Source: Gemmatimonadota bacterium (lineage in GTDB: Bacteria > Gemmatimonadota > Gemmatimonadetes > Palauibacterales > Palauibacteraceae). From it: DNA of 64,000 nt. Position numbers and translations under genes: made by a program. This document shows positions 29,025 to 38,517 of this stretch, in pieces. The notes below the pieces were generated by a model. It made no database searches and was not told where the DNA came from. It saw only the letters and a list, made by a program, of their open reading frames with translations. Numbering within the stretch: position 1 is the stretch's first letter; the number at the start of each line of letters is the position of its first letter. The stretch spans positions 288,001-352,000 of the forward strand of contig OY762926.1 of assembly GCA_963666735.1 (NCBI GenBank), given 5' to 3'.

Positions 29025-31035
29025 CGCGCGACGCGACGGACAGGATCACGGACGAGATCACGCGAACGTGCGCCGTCGGACCGCCCCGGCCCTTCTGGTC
29101 CTCGGCCTCGGACTCGGTCCCGCCCCCGGTCACGCGGCCGGCGCGGAGTGGGTCGCGCCGCTGGTGGCCCAGGCTCCGGTCCAGGCTCCGGTCCAGACTC
29201 CGAGCCAGACTCCCCTCGAAGTGTCCGAGGCCTCGATCCCGGAACTGCAGGACGCCCTGTCGTCGGGCAGGGTTACTTCGGTTCAACTGGTGGACGCCTA
29301 TTTGGACCGCATTTCCGCCTACGACCTGGCGGGTCCCCGTCTCAACGCGATCGTGCGCGTGCACCCGGGGGCGCGGGGGCAGGCGGAGCGGCTGGACCGG
29401 GAGCGGGCGGCGGGGCAGGTGAGGGGGCCGCTGCACGGGATCCCGATCCTGCTCAAGGACAACTACGACACCTTCGACATGCCGACGACGGGGTCGACGC
29501 TCGCGCTCGCGGGATCGGTTCCGCCGGACGACGCCTTTCAGGTGCGGAAGCTGCGCGAGGCGGGGGCGATCATCCTCGCCAAGACGAACCTGCACGAACT
29601 CGCGGCCGGGATCACGAGCATCAGTTCGCTCGGGGGACAGACGCGGAACCCGTACGACCCGGCGCGGAACCCCGGCGGCTCGTCGGGCGGCACCGGGGCG
29701 GCCGTGGCCGCGAGCTTCGGGGCCGTGGGCTGGGGGTCGGACACGTGCGGGTCGATACGGATTCCCTCGTCCGTTCACAACCTCGTGGGGCTGCGGCCGA
29801 CCAAGGGGCTGTCGAGCATCGACGGGATCGTGCCGCTCTCCCACACGCAGGACACGGGCGGGCCGCTGGCGCGGTCGGTCGTGGACCTGGCGCTCGCCCT
29901 CGACGCGACGATCGGGGCGGACGCGGCGGATCCGGCGACAGCCGCGATGGAGGGCCGTCCGCCCATCGAGTTCGCGGCGTCGCTCGATGCGGGTGCGCTG
30001 GAGGGGGCCCGCATCGGCGCGCTGGAGACGTGGCTCTCCGATTCGGGCGCGGAGGCACCGGTCACGGACGCGGTTCGGGCGGCGCTGGACGCGATGGTCG
30101 CCGCGGGGGCGGAGGTCGTCGAGGTGACGATCCCGGAGATGGACTCGCTCCTGGCCCGCACCAGCGTCATCGGCCACGAGTTCGCGCCGGACCTGGTTGC
30201 CTATCTGGAGAGCGTGGGCACTACGCCGGTCGCGTCGCTGGCTGAAATCGTGGCGCTGGGACTGCACAGCGAGCAGCTGGACGGCACGTTCAGGCGGAGG
30301 AGCCAACCCGGCGGGCGCGATGAGGCCGCCTACGCCGAGGCGCTTGAGCGGCAGTCGGCGCTGCGGGAAGCGATCGTGGCCTTCATGGACGAGGAGCGGC
30401 TCGACGCGATGGCCTACCCGACGCTGAGGCGCGACCCCGCGCTCATCGGCTCGCCGCCGGTCGGGGGGACGTGCCAGCTCGCCGCGCACAGCGGGCTTCC
30501 GGCGATCAGCGCGCCCGCGGGCTTCACGCGGACCGGCATGCCGGCCGGCATCGAGCTCATCGGCCGCCCGTTCGACGATGCGCGGCTGGTCTCGCTGGCC
30601 TACGCGCTCGAACGGGCGATCGAGCCGCGCCGCGCACCGCCCCGCACGCCTCCCCTCGTGGACGGCCGTGCGCCTGCCCCGCTCCGGTTCAGCGTCGCCG
30701 GCGATGGCGGCTGGGCCGGGCGGCTCGCCGCCCCTCGCCTCCACGGCAGCTTCAGCCTCGACCTCCCGCGCGGCACCCTGCGCTACGTCATCTCCACGAC
30801 CGGCCTCGGGCCGGCGCACGTCCACGCGATCGTGCTTCAGCGCCGCGGTAGCGGGACGCGGCCCAACGCGATCGCGCGCCGCATCTCGGGCCCCGGCTTC
30901 GCGTCCGCCGAGGGTACGCTGACGCTGAGTGCCGCCGACTTGGCCGACCTGCTCGATGGGCGGATGGAACTCGCGCTCTACACGGCCGACCGTCCGCTCG
31001 GCGCGGTCCGGCTCGCCCTCACTCCGGGGGGCTGA
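29011..31035 (+). CDS. Secreted amidase-signature enzyme with C-terminal CHRD-like domain
   Basis: PLHGIPILLKDN, PGGSSGG and GSDTCGSIRIP motifs. C-terminal LRYVISTTGL...GTLTLS...LLDGRMELALYT...PLGAVR. Start uncertain. Confidence 0.9.
   Translation: MERGNARRDGQDHGRDHANVRRRTAPALLVLGLGLGPAPGHAAGAEWVAPLVAQAPVQAPVQTPSQTPLEVSEASIPELQDALSSGRVTSVQLVDAYLDRISAYDLAGPRLNAIVRVHPGARGQAERLDRERAAGQVRGPLHGIPILLKDNYDTFDMPTTGSTLALAGSVPPDDAFQVRKLREAGAIILAKTNLHELAAGITSISSLGGQTRNPYDPARNPGGSSGGTGAAVAASFGAVGWGSDTCGSIRIPSSVHNLVGLRPTKGLSSIDGIVPLSHTQDTGGPLARSVVDLALALDATIGADAADPATAAMEGRPPIEFAASLDAGALEGARIGALETWLSDSGAEAPVTDAVRAALDAMVAAGAEVVEVTIPEMDSLLARTSVIGHEFAPDLVAYLESVGTTPVASLAEIVALGLHSEQLDGTFRRRSQPGGRDEAAYAEALERQSALREAIVAFMDEERLDAMAYPTLRRDPALIGSPPVGGTCQLAAHSGLPAISAPAGFTRTGMPAGIELIGRPFDDARLVSLAYALERAIEPRRAPPRTPPLVDGRAPAPLRFSVAGDGGWAGRLAAPRLHGSFSLDLPRGTLRYVISTTGLGPAHVHAIVLQRRGSGTRPNAIARRISGPGFASAEGTLTLSAADLADLLDGRMELALYTADRPLGAVRLALTPGG
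29170..29217 (+). repeat. 12-bp in-frame tandem repeat x4 (QAPV QAPV QTPS QTPL)
   Basis: CAGGCTCCGGTC x2, CAGACTCCGAGC, CAGACTCCCCTC. Confidence 0.8.
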
Positions 31036-31057
31036 GGGCCGAGCCCCCTGTCGAGGG

Positions 31058-32395
31058 TCAGCGAACCTCGTTCGGCAGCCTCCGCACGACCACGCGCGGC
31101 ACATCGAGTTCGTCGCGCTCAATGAACGCGGCCAGTCCGTCCGGGCCGAAGGCGTCCGGCATCCCGGTCGCCCCGACGGCGTAGGTGCCGACGTACGCTC
31201 CTTCCGCCGTCAGGACATCGATGGGCCCGTCGCTTCGCGGCTCTTCACCCCGGCGCTGCACCCAGATGCGGCCCTCCCATGTGGCCGACAGGCCGCGTAA
31301 CACCGGAATCTCGTGGTAGTAGCGCTCTTCCAGGTCGAAGGCGACCTCCGGTCGAGGATTGTTCCCGTCGGCGCGACCGAGCATCATGACGCGCCTCGTC
31401 CCGCTCCCGCCGAGTGCTCTGCGGGCGGCCGTCGTCCTCTCCTCGTACGCCTCCCGGACCGCCTCCGTCACGGGCTCGGGTTCGAACGGCCGCCGGATGA
31501 CCCGGGTGACACCCCGCGCATCCGGGGGCGTGACCTTCAGCTCATACGCCGACGAATCGGAGTGAACGATGCTGCCATCGGGAAGGACGCCCACGAGGAG
31601 CGGAGGCTCGAACACGGTAGGCATGGCCATGCCGCGAAGCGCGTCTCGCAGTCCGGCGGGGGCCGATCCCGCCGCGAGGTCATCGAGGCCGGCTCGCGGA
31701 GGCAGCCATCCCTCCGCCACCGTGTCGGCGCGCGCGACCTCGCCGTCGAGTCCGACACGCAGCACCGGACGGGAAGTGGGTGGAGCCGCCGAGCCGCCCG
31801 CGCTCGTGATGAGGCCCGTGCCCCCACCGGCAATCACGGCTGCGCCGCGCGGATCCGGCTGAATGTCGTGGGCCGGGATCGATACGGCGTCGGGCCGGTC
31901 GTCCGCCCGGACCATGCGCTGGAACTCGCCGGAGGCGTCGAAGAGCTGGTAGGCGCGGTGGCCGACATCGCTCACGACCAGGGTGCCGTCCCGCAGCACC
32001 GCGAAGCCCATTGGCTGGTTGAACTCGCCCGGACCTCCGCCCGAGGAGCCGAACTCGCGCACGAAGCGCCCCGCCGCGTCGAACACGAGGACCCTCACAT
32101 CCCCGGAACGCATCAGGGTCATCCCCCCGAAGCGCGTCGAACCGGAAGTTCCGTCGAACACGTAGAGGTTCCCTTCGGCGTCGAAGGCTACCCGGCTCAC
32201 CTGGCCGAACATCTCCCAGGATTCTCCGTCCAGGACGCCGGCCCGGTAGACCTCCTCGAACTCCGCGTCGATCGGCCGGTCCCGGTCCGCGACTTCGATC
32301 ACCTCCTGGGCCGGGAGGAAGGGCACGGCCAAGAGGGAGTTGGCAAGACAGACGATGATCGCCGGAGCGAGACGGCTCAGTCGAGTTTCTTTCAT
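31058..32395 (-). CDS. Secreted 6-bladed beta-propeller protein
   Basis: Signal peptide, [19 protein letters not shown]...[11 protein letters not shown] and a C-terminal [12 protein letters not shown]. Confidence 0.85.
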   Translation of the reverse strand: MKETRLSRLAPAIIVCLANSLLAVPFLPAQEVIEVADRDRPIDAEFEEVYRAGVLDGESWEMFGQVSRVAFDAEGNLYVFDGTSGSTRFGGMTLMRSGDVRVLVFDAAGRFVREFGSSGGGPGEFNQPMGFAVLRDGTLVVSDVGHRAYQLFDASGEFQRMVRADDRPDAVSIPAHDIQPDPRGAAVIAGGGTGLITSAGGSAAPPTSRPVLRVGLDGEVARADTVAEGWLPPRAGLDDLAAGSAPAGLRDALRGMAMPTVFEPPLLVGVLPDGSIVHSDSSAYELKVTPPDARGVTRVIRRPFEPEPVTEAVREAYEERTTAARRALGGSGTRRVMMLGRADGNNPRPEVAFDLEERYYHEIPVLRGLSATWEGRIWVQRRGEEPRSDGPIDVLTAEGAYVGTYAVGATGMPDAFGPDGLAAFIERDELDVPRVVVRRLPNEVR

Positions 32396-32628
32396 TCCGG
32401 ATTCTCCTCACGGGTCGCGGGGCTGACGCGTCATGCGTGTGACAGCCCCAGTTTGCCGGTGGTTGCCCGCCGAGTCCCGGGTCTCCGGAGCCATCACGGG
32501 CGTGTTGGCACAGCGCTCCGCAGGGACTTCCAACAACCACCCACGGACGGGAACCGCGGGCCGCAGTCATCCATGAAGACAATACGGCCATGCGTCGAAC
32601 ATCGGCCAGCTCATAGCCGGCAACGGAG

Positions 32629-35600
32629 CTATCGGGGCGAGACCCCGGGAAGACCCTCCGGCTCGTCGTCCCACCACCAGAGCGGGGCGAGCGGCCGCTG
32701 CCGCGGATAGACCTCGTCGAGCGTGTCGGCGTCGTATAGCCGGCCGTTGAACATCACCTGCTCGATCGCGTTCGTGTGGCGCAGGTCGTCCAGCGGGTTC
32801 GCCGTCAGGATCACGAGGTCGGCGAGCTTGCCCGCCTCGATCGAGCCGAGATCCCGGTCGAGCCCGATCGCTTCGGCGCCGAAGATCGTCGCCATGCGCA
32901 GCGCGTCGTGCTCGTCCATGTCGCCGGCGGCCATCGCCCACAGCTCCCAGTGGTAGCCGAGCCCCTGCAGCTGGCCGTGGCTCCCCACGCCCGCCTTGCC
33001 GCCCGCGTCGACGAGGTTCCTGACGAACTCTCCGTGCCGCGAGAACACGTGCTGGTCCTCGCGGAACCACTGCGGCCGGCGCAGCGTGCGCGAGTCCACT
33101 TCATCGTGCGGGACGAAGCGGCGCAGCTTGAGATCGTCGTGCGGGTTCTCGCGCGAGTAGAAGTAGTTCTCCGCCCACGGCCCCCCGTACGACACGAGCA
33201 GCGTCGGCGTGTACACCCGACCCGTCTCGGCGAAGAGCCGTACGTAGTCGCCGTACACCGGGAAGATGGGGATGGAGTGCTCGAGCCCCGGATATCCGTC
33301 CACGGTCTCCGTGAGGTTCTGCCGGAGGTTCAATGAACCCTCCGTCGTCGGCATGAGCCCGAGTTCGCGGGCGGCCATGATGATGTGCTGCCGCCCCTTA
33401 CGCGCGGCGGCCACGTACATCTTGATCGTCTTCGTATCGAAGTAGCCGGAGTAGCGGGAGAGGACATCCATCGCCTCCTCCTCCGTGTCGATCCCGTCCT
33501 GCCAGAAGACGCCCGGCCCCGTCGAGTAGACCCGCGGTCCGAGAACGCTCCCGGTGCGCACCATGTCCGCGTAGGAGAGAACCTCCGTGTTCCCGGTCTG
33601 CGGGTCCCGGGTCGTCGTCACTCCGTATGCGAGGTTGGCGAGGTACGGCCACACGTCCGTCCGGTGGAGCCGGTCGCGGGCTCGCAGGTGCGCGTGGGTG
33701 TCGACGTATCCCGGGACGACGGTACGACCGCCGATGTCGAAGACGACGGCATCTTCCGGAACGGCGACGGAACCGCTCGCGCCCACCGCCTCGATCCGGT
33801 TGTTCCGGACCACGATGTCCGCGTTCTCGATGACCTCGTCACCGTTCATCGTGATCGCGCGTCCGCCGCGCAGTACCGCGACGCCCGTCGGGATGTCGCG
33901 CGGCGCCTCGATGAGGATGCGATGCTCCACCGCCCGGTAGCCCTCGTCCTCGTCCTCCTCCTCCTCCTCGTCCTCCTCCTCGGTTTCTTCCTCCTCCTCC
34001 TCCCCGGCTTCGGCCGCCTCGACGCTGTCCTCGTACGCCTGCGCCGCGTCGAGATCGTAGGAGAAGTGGGCGTTGCCGAGCGAGAAGTGCACCGTGCGCC
34101 CGTCGCCGCTCCAAGCGGGGAACTCTCCGCCGATATCGGTGACGCGGCGCGCGGGGAAGGAGGCGTTGTCCGGGTTCGAGACGTTGATCGTCGGTGTCAC
34201 GCCGACGCGGGGCACCGTTACCGTATAGATCTCGCGCTGGACCTCCGCGAGCGCCTGGTCGCCGCGCGGCGCCATCTCGATGGTCGAGGGAGACAGGCCC
34301 TGGGTCGAACCCTGAGGCGTGGGTCCGCGCACCCTCACATGCTCCTTCTCGTCCGTCCCGTCCCATCGAATCGAGACCAGGGCGTCGGGGAAGCGGAAGA
34401 GGTGGATGCGGTCGTTTTCCTCCACGAAATGGGGATTCGCCCGTCCGTCCGTGGGCGCGATCAGCGTCGCCGGCCCGCCGCCGGAGCCGTCCGGGTCCGC
34501 AGACACCCAGATGATCTCGGTGCCCGGAGCGCCGCCCTCTCCCTGCGTCTCGTAGGCTCGGACGAGTCCCCTCACGGCGACGATCCGGTCACCCGGTCCC
34601 CAGGCGGGGGCATAATACGTCGCCGCGTCGCGCGCGAGCCGCACCGGATCCCCGCCGCCGTCCGCGCGCGCCTTGTACAGGTGCCCCTCGGTCCCGTCCC
34701 ACGTCGAGTACGCGATCCACTCGCCGTCCGGCGACCAGGTCGCGAAGTGCTCCGACACGTCCGCGTCCGTGAGGCGCTCGGGGTTCGAACCGTCGGCGCC
34801 CGACACCCAGAGCCGGTCCAGCGCCGTGAAGGCGAGCCGGTCGCCGGAGGGGGAGGGCGCCGCGTCGCGGATCTGGCGCACGGTGAAGGTCGGCGTGTCC
34901 TCGATCGGATAGTCGAAGTCGACCCTTGGCCCCAGCGCGAGGTCGAACCGGACGCGGAAGGGAATCTCCTCCGCGTCCCCCCCCTCGACCGGCAGCTTCC
35001 AGATCTTTCCGCCGTAGGAGGCGACGAGGTGCCGGGAGTCCGGCGTGAACGACATGCCGGGGAGCACGTCCAGCGTGGCGCGCGATTCCTGGTCGTCGTG
35101 CTGGACGGGATAGGCGAGCCAGCGCTCGTCGCCGCTCCCGAGGTCCCGGATCATGAGCCCCGTATGCTCTTCGTGACGGGTCCCGAACACGAGCCAGCGG
35201 CCATCGGGGGAGAGCACGGGCCGGATCGCCGAGCCGTAGCGGGACGACCGCGTATAGCGTTCTCCCGATTCCCGGTCGTACGCCTCGAGCTGGTACTGCG
35301 GAAACTGCGCGTTGTAGGTCCAGTCGCCGGTGCGCCGCGCATACCAGATGTAGCGGCCGTCGGGCGAGACCGCGGCCCCGAGCATCTTCAGGTTGTCGGG
35401 CTCCGATACGAGTTCGATCCCGCTCCCGCCATCCACGTGGAACATCTTGAGCTTCGGCAGTCCGCCCCCGCGGAAGCCGCCCATGGACGCGACGACGTAG
35501 TCCCCGTCCGGCAGCCATTCGGGCGATTCGGCGCGGTTGGCGGAGCCCCGTGAAATCTGCGTCGTGTCGGAGCCATCGAGGGAGCGGATCCAGATGTTCT

Positions 35601-35991
35601 GCCCGCCGTCGTAGTCGGACGTGTAGACGATCCGTGCGCCATCGGGGGAGAAGCGGGGCTGGGCGTCGAAGGCCATCCCCGAAGTGAGCTGGGTCGCCTC
35701 CCCGCCGCCCATGGGGATCGTGAAGAGGTCCCCGAGGTAGTCGAAGACGATCGTCTCGCCGTCCGGGCTCACGTCGAGAGAAATCCAGCTCCCCTCCGTC
35801 ATGTCCATGGGGACAAGGCGATCGACGGGAAGCGGCAGATCCTTGTTCTCGGGCTCCCCGTCTCCGTTCGAGCCCTCCTGAGCGGCCGTACCGCCAGCGA
35901 TCCCGAGCAGGAGTCCGAGGCAGAGCGACGCCGCGGGAATCGCATGTGTCGAAGGTACGGGAAACGAACGCTGTTTCATGGGTAGACGCAT
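32629..35991 (-). CDS. Secreted amidohydrolase with N-terminal TolB/PD40 propeller repeats
   Basis: EGSWISLDVSPDG and several PxFSPDG repeats. Amidohydrolase domain PGYVDTHAH, LAYGVTT, GSHGQLQG and GSIEAGKLADL. Confidence 0.92.
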   Translation of the reverse strand: MRLPMKQRSFPVPSTHAIPAASLCLGLLLGIAGGTAAQEGSNGDGEPENKDLPLPVDRLVPMDMTEGSWISLDVSPDGETIVFDYLGDLFTIPMGGGEATQLTSGMAFDAQPRFSPDGARIVYTSDYDGGQNIWIRSLDGSDTTQISRGSANRAESPEWLPDGDYVVASMGGFRGGGLPKLKMFHVDGGSGIELVSEPDNLKMLGAAVSPDGRYIWYARRTGDWTYNAQFPQYQLEAYDRESGERYTRSSRYGSAIRPVLSPDGRWLVFGTRHEEHTGLMIRDLGSGDERWLAYPVQHDDQESRATLDVLPGMSFTPDSRHLVASYGGKIWKLPVEGGDAEEIPFRVRFDLALGPRVDFDYPIEDTPTFTVRQIRDAAPSPSGDRLAFTALDRLWVSGADGSNPERLTDADVSEHFATWSPDGEWIAYSTWDGTEGHLYKARADGGGDPVRLARDAATYYAPAWGPGDRIVAVRGLVRAYETQGEGGAPGTEIIWVSADPDGSGGGPATLIAPTDGRANPHFVEENDRIHLFRFPDALVSIRWDGTDEKEHVRVRGPTPQGSTQGLSPSTIEMAPRGDQALAEVQREIYTVTVPRVGVTPTINVSNPDNASFPARRVTDIGGEFPAWSGDGRTVHFSLGNAHFSYDLDAAQAYEDSVEAAEAGEEEEEETEEEDEEEEEDEDEGYRAVEHRILIEAPRDIPTGVAVLRGGRAITMNGDEVIENADIVVRNNRIEAVGASGSVAVPEDAVVFDIGGRTVVPGYVDTHAHLRARDRLHRTDVWPYLANLAYGVTTTRDPQTGNTEVLSYADMVRTGSVLGPRVYSTGPGVFWQDGIDTEEEAMDVLSRYSGYFDTKTIKMYVAAARKGRQHIIMAARELGLMPTTEGSLNLRQNLTETVDGYPGLEHSIPIFPVYGDYVRLFAETGRVYTPTLLVSYGGPWAENYFYSRENPHDDLKLRRFVPHDEVDSRTLRRPQWFREDQHVFSRHGEFVRNLVDAGGKAGVGSHGQLQGLGYHWELWAMAAGDMDEHDALRMATIFGAEAIGLDRDLGSIEAGKLADLVILTANPLDDLRHTNAIEQVMFNGRLYDADTLDEVYPRQRPLAPLWWWDDEPEGLPGVSPR

Positions 35992-36204
35992 CGGATGTCC
36001 CGCGGGTTCGGGTGGTACTGCGTGAGGCACGGTGTTGCATTCTGTGTCGCATTCTGCGTTCCATTCTGCCACGGAACGGTCCCTCCGTCACGACCGCCGC
36101 CGCTTCGGTGTGCCGCAACCTACACGTTGGTGCATCGCCGGGCGCGGAGGCGCGGAAGGGGTTGCGGTTTGCGCCAGGTGGGCGGGCGGCACAGTCTCCC
36201 GGCC

Positions 36205-36795
36205 ATGGTACGTGACACCGCCAATCCATCGGCATCTGCGCCACCGCCGCTCTCCGTGCTCGCCATCGCGGGCAGTTGCCGCCGGCGGTCGTTCAACCGG
36301 GCGCTCCTGCGATCCGCCATCGCGCGGGCGCCGGAAGGTGTCGAGACCCGGGATTTCGATCCCTCCCGGCTGCCGTTCTACGACGGGGACGTGGAGGCTG
36401 CGGGCGATCCCGGCGAGGTCGCGGAATTCAAGGCGGCCGTGCACGCCGCGGACCTGGTGCTGCTCGCGACGCCCGAGTACAACGGAGGTCTGCCGGCCGT
36501 GCTCAAGAACGCCGTGGACTGGGGATCGCGACCACCCCGCCCGCAGGCGTGGGACGCGAAGCCCGTCGCGATCATGGGGGCGACGCCCGGCCGGCTGGGG
36601 ACCGCGCTGGCGCAGCGCTCCCTGCGCGAGTCGCTCGTGGGGCTTAACGCCCACGTGATGCCGCAGCCGCGGATTCTGCTCTCGGGGGCGGGCGCCGTGT
36701 TCGATGAGGATCTCGAGTTGGCGGACGAAACGATCGCCAAGCGTCTCGACAGATTCATGGTCGCCGCCGCAGAATGGGCGCACCGGTTCCGATAG
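36205..36795 (+). CDS. NADPH-dependent FMN reductase
   Basis: IAGSCRRRSFN and TPEYNGGLPAVLKNAVDW motifs. Confidence 0.92.
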   Translation: MVRDTANPSASAPPPLSVLAIAGSCRRRSFNRALLRSAIARAPEGVETRDFDPSRLPFYDGDVEAAGDPGEVAEFKAAVHAADLVLLATPEYNGGLPAVLKNAVDWGSRPPRPQAWDAKPVAIMGATPGRLGTALAQRSLRESLVGLNAHVMPQPRILLSGAGAVFDEDLELADETIAKRLDRFMVAAAEWAHRFR

Positions 36796-36823
36796 ACCTC
36801 TAGGAAGACGGGAGCAAGGGTCC

Positions 36824-37354
36824 TTGTCCGACGCCAATGGTGCGCGCGTCATCTTCGAGAAGCTGGCGGACGGTGTCCGCGTGCCGACACGTGCGACGGA
36901 ACAGTCGGCCGGCTACGACATCCGGGCGCACCTGACGTGCGGCCCCGTACAGGTCCACCGAAGCGCGAACGGCGAGACCATCCCGGTGGACGCAACCCGC
37001 GGCGAGGCGGGTCGGCCGGGGATCATGCTCGAACCCGGCGATCGCGCGCTCGTGCCCACGGGTTTCCGCGCTCGCCTGCCGGACGGTTACGAAGCCCAGA
37101 TTCGGATGCGGTCGTCCCTCGCCTGGAAGCGGGGGCTCACCGTGCCCAACGCGCCCGGCACCGTGGACGCCGACTATCCGGACGAGTGGTTCGTCCTCGT
37201 CCTCAACTCGGCGCCGCACCCCATACGGATCGAACACGGCGAACGGATCGCGCAGGTCGTCCTCCACAAGTACCAGGTCGCGCGCTGGGAGGAGGGGCCG
37301 GTCTCGGTCTCGACGGATCGCGCCGGCGGGCTCGGCAGCACCGGCGAACGATAA
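36824..37354 (+). CDS. dut: dUTP diphosphatase
   Basis: All five motifs present: AGYDI, RSSLA, GTVDADY, ERIAQ and RAGGLGSTG. TTG start assumed. Confidence 0.9.
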   Translation: MSDANGARVIFEKLADGVRVPTRATEQSAGYDIRAHLTCGPVQVHRSANGETIPVDATRGEAGRPGIMLEPGDRALVPTGFRARLPDGYEAQIRMRSSLAWKRGLTVPNAPGTVDADYPDEWFVLVLNSAPHPIRIEHGERIAQVVLHKYQVARWEEGPVSVSTDRAGGLGSTGER

Positions 37355-37380
37355 CCGGCAAACGGTAAGGAGAAGACACG

Positions 37381-37476
37381 ATGCCCGAACTGCAGGAATG
37401 GCTGCTCGCCATCCCCGTCCTGATCACGCTGCTCGTCATCTTCCTCGTCGAAGTCACAGGCTCGTCCAGGCGCTGA
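37381..37476 (+). CDS. Putative 31-aa single-TM small protein
   Basis: Strong RBS TAAGGAG 8 nt upstream. MPELQEWLLAIPVLITLLVIFLVEVTGSSRR*, with GC3-rich codons. Confidence 0.6.
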   Translation: MPELQEWLLAIPVLITLLVIFLVEVTGSSRR

Positions 37477-37535
37477 GCGTCCGCGTCGGCGACGAAGCTG
37501 CCGCGAAACCACCGGAACGGCTCCGGATTACCGGA

Positions 37536-38195
37536 TTACCGGAAGGGCTCCGGGTGCGGGCGCTCGACCGGTTCCGTTTCCTCCATCCGGTCGACCTCGA
37601 TCGTGTCCGCGTGCGGGCAGGCGACCGAGCGCGACACCGCCCCCTCGACGATGAGGTGACCCCCGGTCGTCGCGTCTCCCAGGTCGCCGGCAAGCGTGTA
37701 GAAGTACCCGTCCCGGTCCTCGAACGTCACGCAGCCGTTCTCCTGTCCCGCGATCTCGCCCGTGCGCTGAATCCGGCCGTCCTCATCCGTGACGTGGAAC
37801 GGATCGGAGAGCCCTGTGGGTGCGAAGTTGCCGTTGAAGATGATGAAGACGACCGCGCGGTCCCACGTCGCGCCCGCCGGTACGCTCACGGTGGCTCCGA
37901 TTTCCCCGAACTCGCCCTGATCTCCGGTCCCGAGTTCCTCGAAGCCCGTGCCGATGGCTCCCAGGCCGACGACGACCCTCGCCTGCAGGGGGATGTTCTC
38001 GGTGTAGAGGCTGACCTCGGTGCCCGGCGGCCCGATGCGCGGCTCCATCATCTGGATCTGGCGCAGCGAGTCGGGCGTGGCCGGGTTCGGATGCGCCTGG
38101 GCGAATACGGCGCCGGGAGCGCAGAGCAGGATCGCCAGCCCGCCGGCGGCTGAGACGGCGCGGGCGGCAACGGGTCGCTTCGGGAAACGATTCAT
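37536..38195 (-). CDS. Secreted hypothetical protein (C-terminus resembles DUF5818-type small beta domain)
   Basis: Signal peptide ending AVFA. C-terminal GCVTF...YTLAG...IVEG...C. Confidence 0.7.
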   Translation of the reverse strand: MNRFPKRPVAARAVSAAGGLAILLCAPGAVFAQAHPNPATPDSLRQIQMMEPRIGPPGTEVSLYTENIPLQARVVVGLGAIGTGFEELGTGDQGEFGEIGATVSVPAGATWDRAVVFIIFNGNFAPTGLSDPFHVTDEDGRIQRTGEIAGQENGCVTFEDRDGYFYTLAGDLGDATTGGHLIVEGAVSRSVACPHADTIEVDRMEETEPVERPHPEPFR

Positions 38196-38313
38196 GACGG
38201 CCTCCGGGCAGAATCCTCAAGTCCATGCTGCGCCCCCAGCCGCCTCACCCGCAAGCCGAGGCGCTCTCCTGCCCCGCGTGAAGCCGAGGCGTTAGCTTTT
38301 CGTTCCACGGCGC

Positions 38314-38398
38314 GCCGGGGTGGCGAAACTGGTAGACGCATCGGACTTAAAATCCGAAGGGGTCCATCCCCGTGTGGGTTCGAATCCCACCCCCGGCA
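38314..38398 (+). tRNA. tRNA-Leu, anticodon TAA
   Basis: Acceptor GCCGGGG/CCCCGGC-A, anticodon arm TCGGA-CTTAAAA-TCCGA, long variable arm, T-loop GTTCGAATC. CCA not encoded. Confidence 0.95.
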
Positions 38399-38427
38399 CT
38401 TTGGCCCGCCAAAGGTTCACCAAAGAA

Positions 38428-38464
38428 CAGGGGGTGCGGAGGTCATGACCCTCCGCACCCCCTG
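38428..38464. terminator. Hairpin between convergent tRNA and TonB receptor
   Basis: Perfect 15-bp stem CAGGGGGTGCGGAGG / CCTCCGCACCCCCTG with a 7-nt loop. Confidence 0.8.
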
Positions 38465-38517
38465 TCTGCGGCCGGCCGGCCGGCGCGGCCGCGGCCGTCA
38501 GCCTGATCGCCGACCGG

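Noticed and set aside
38314..38464. tRNA as integration site of an island
   Set aside because: I found no duplicated tRNA 3' end and no integrase in the window.
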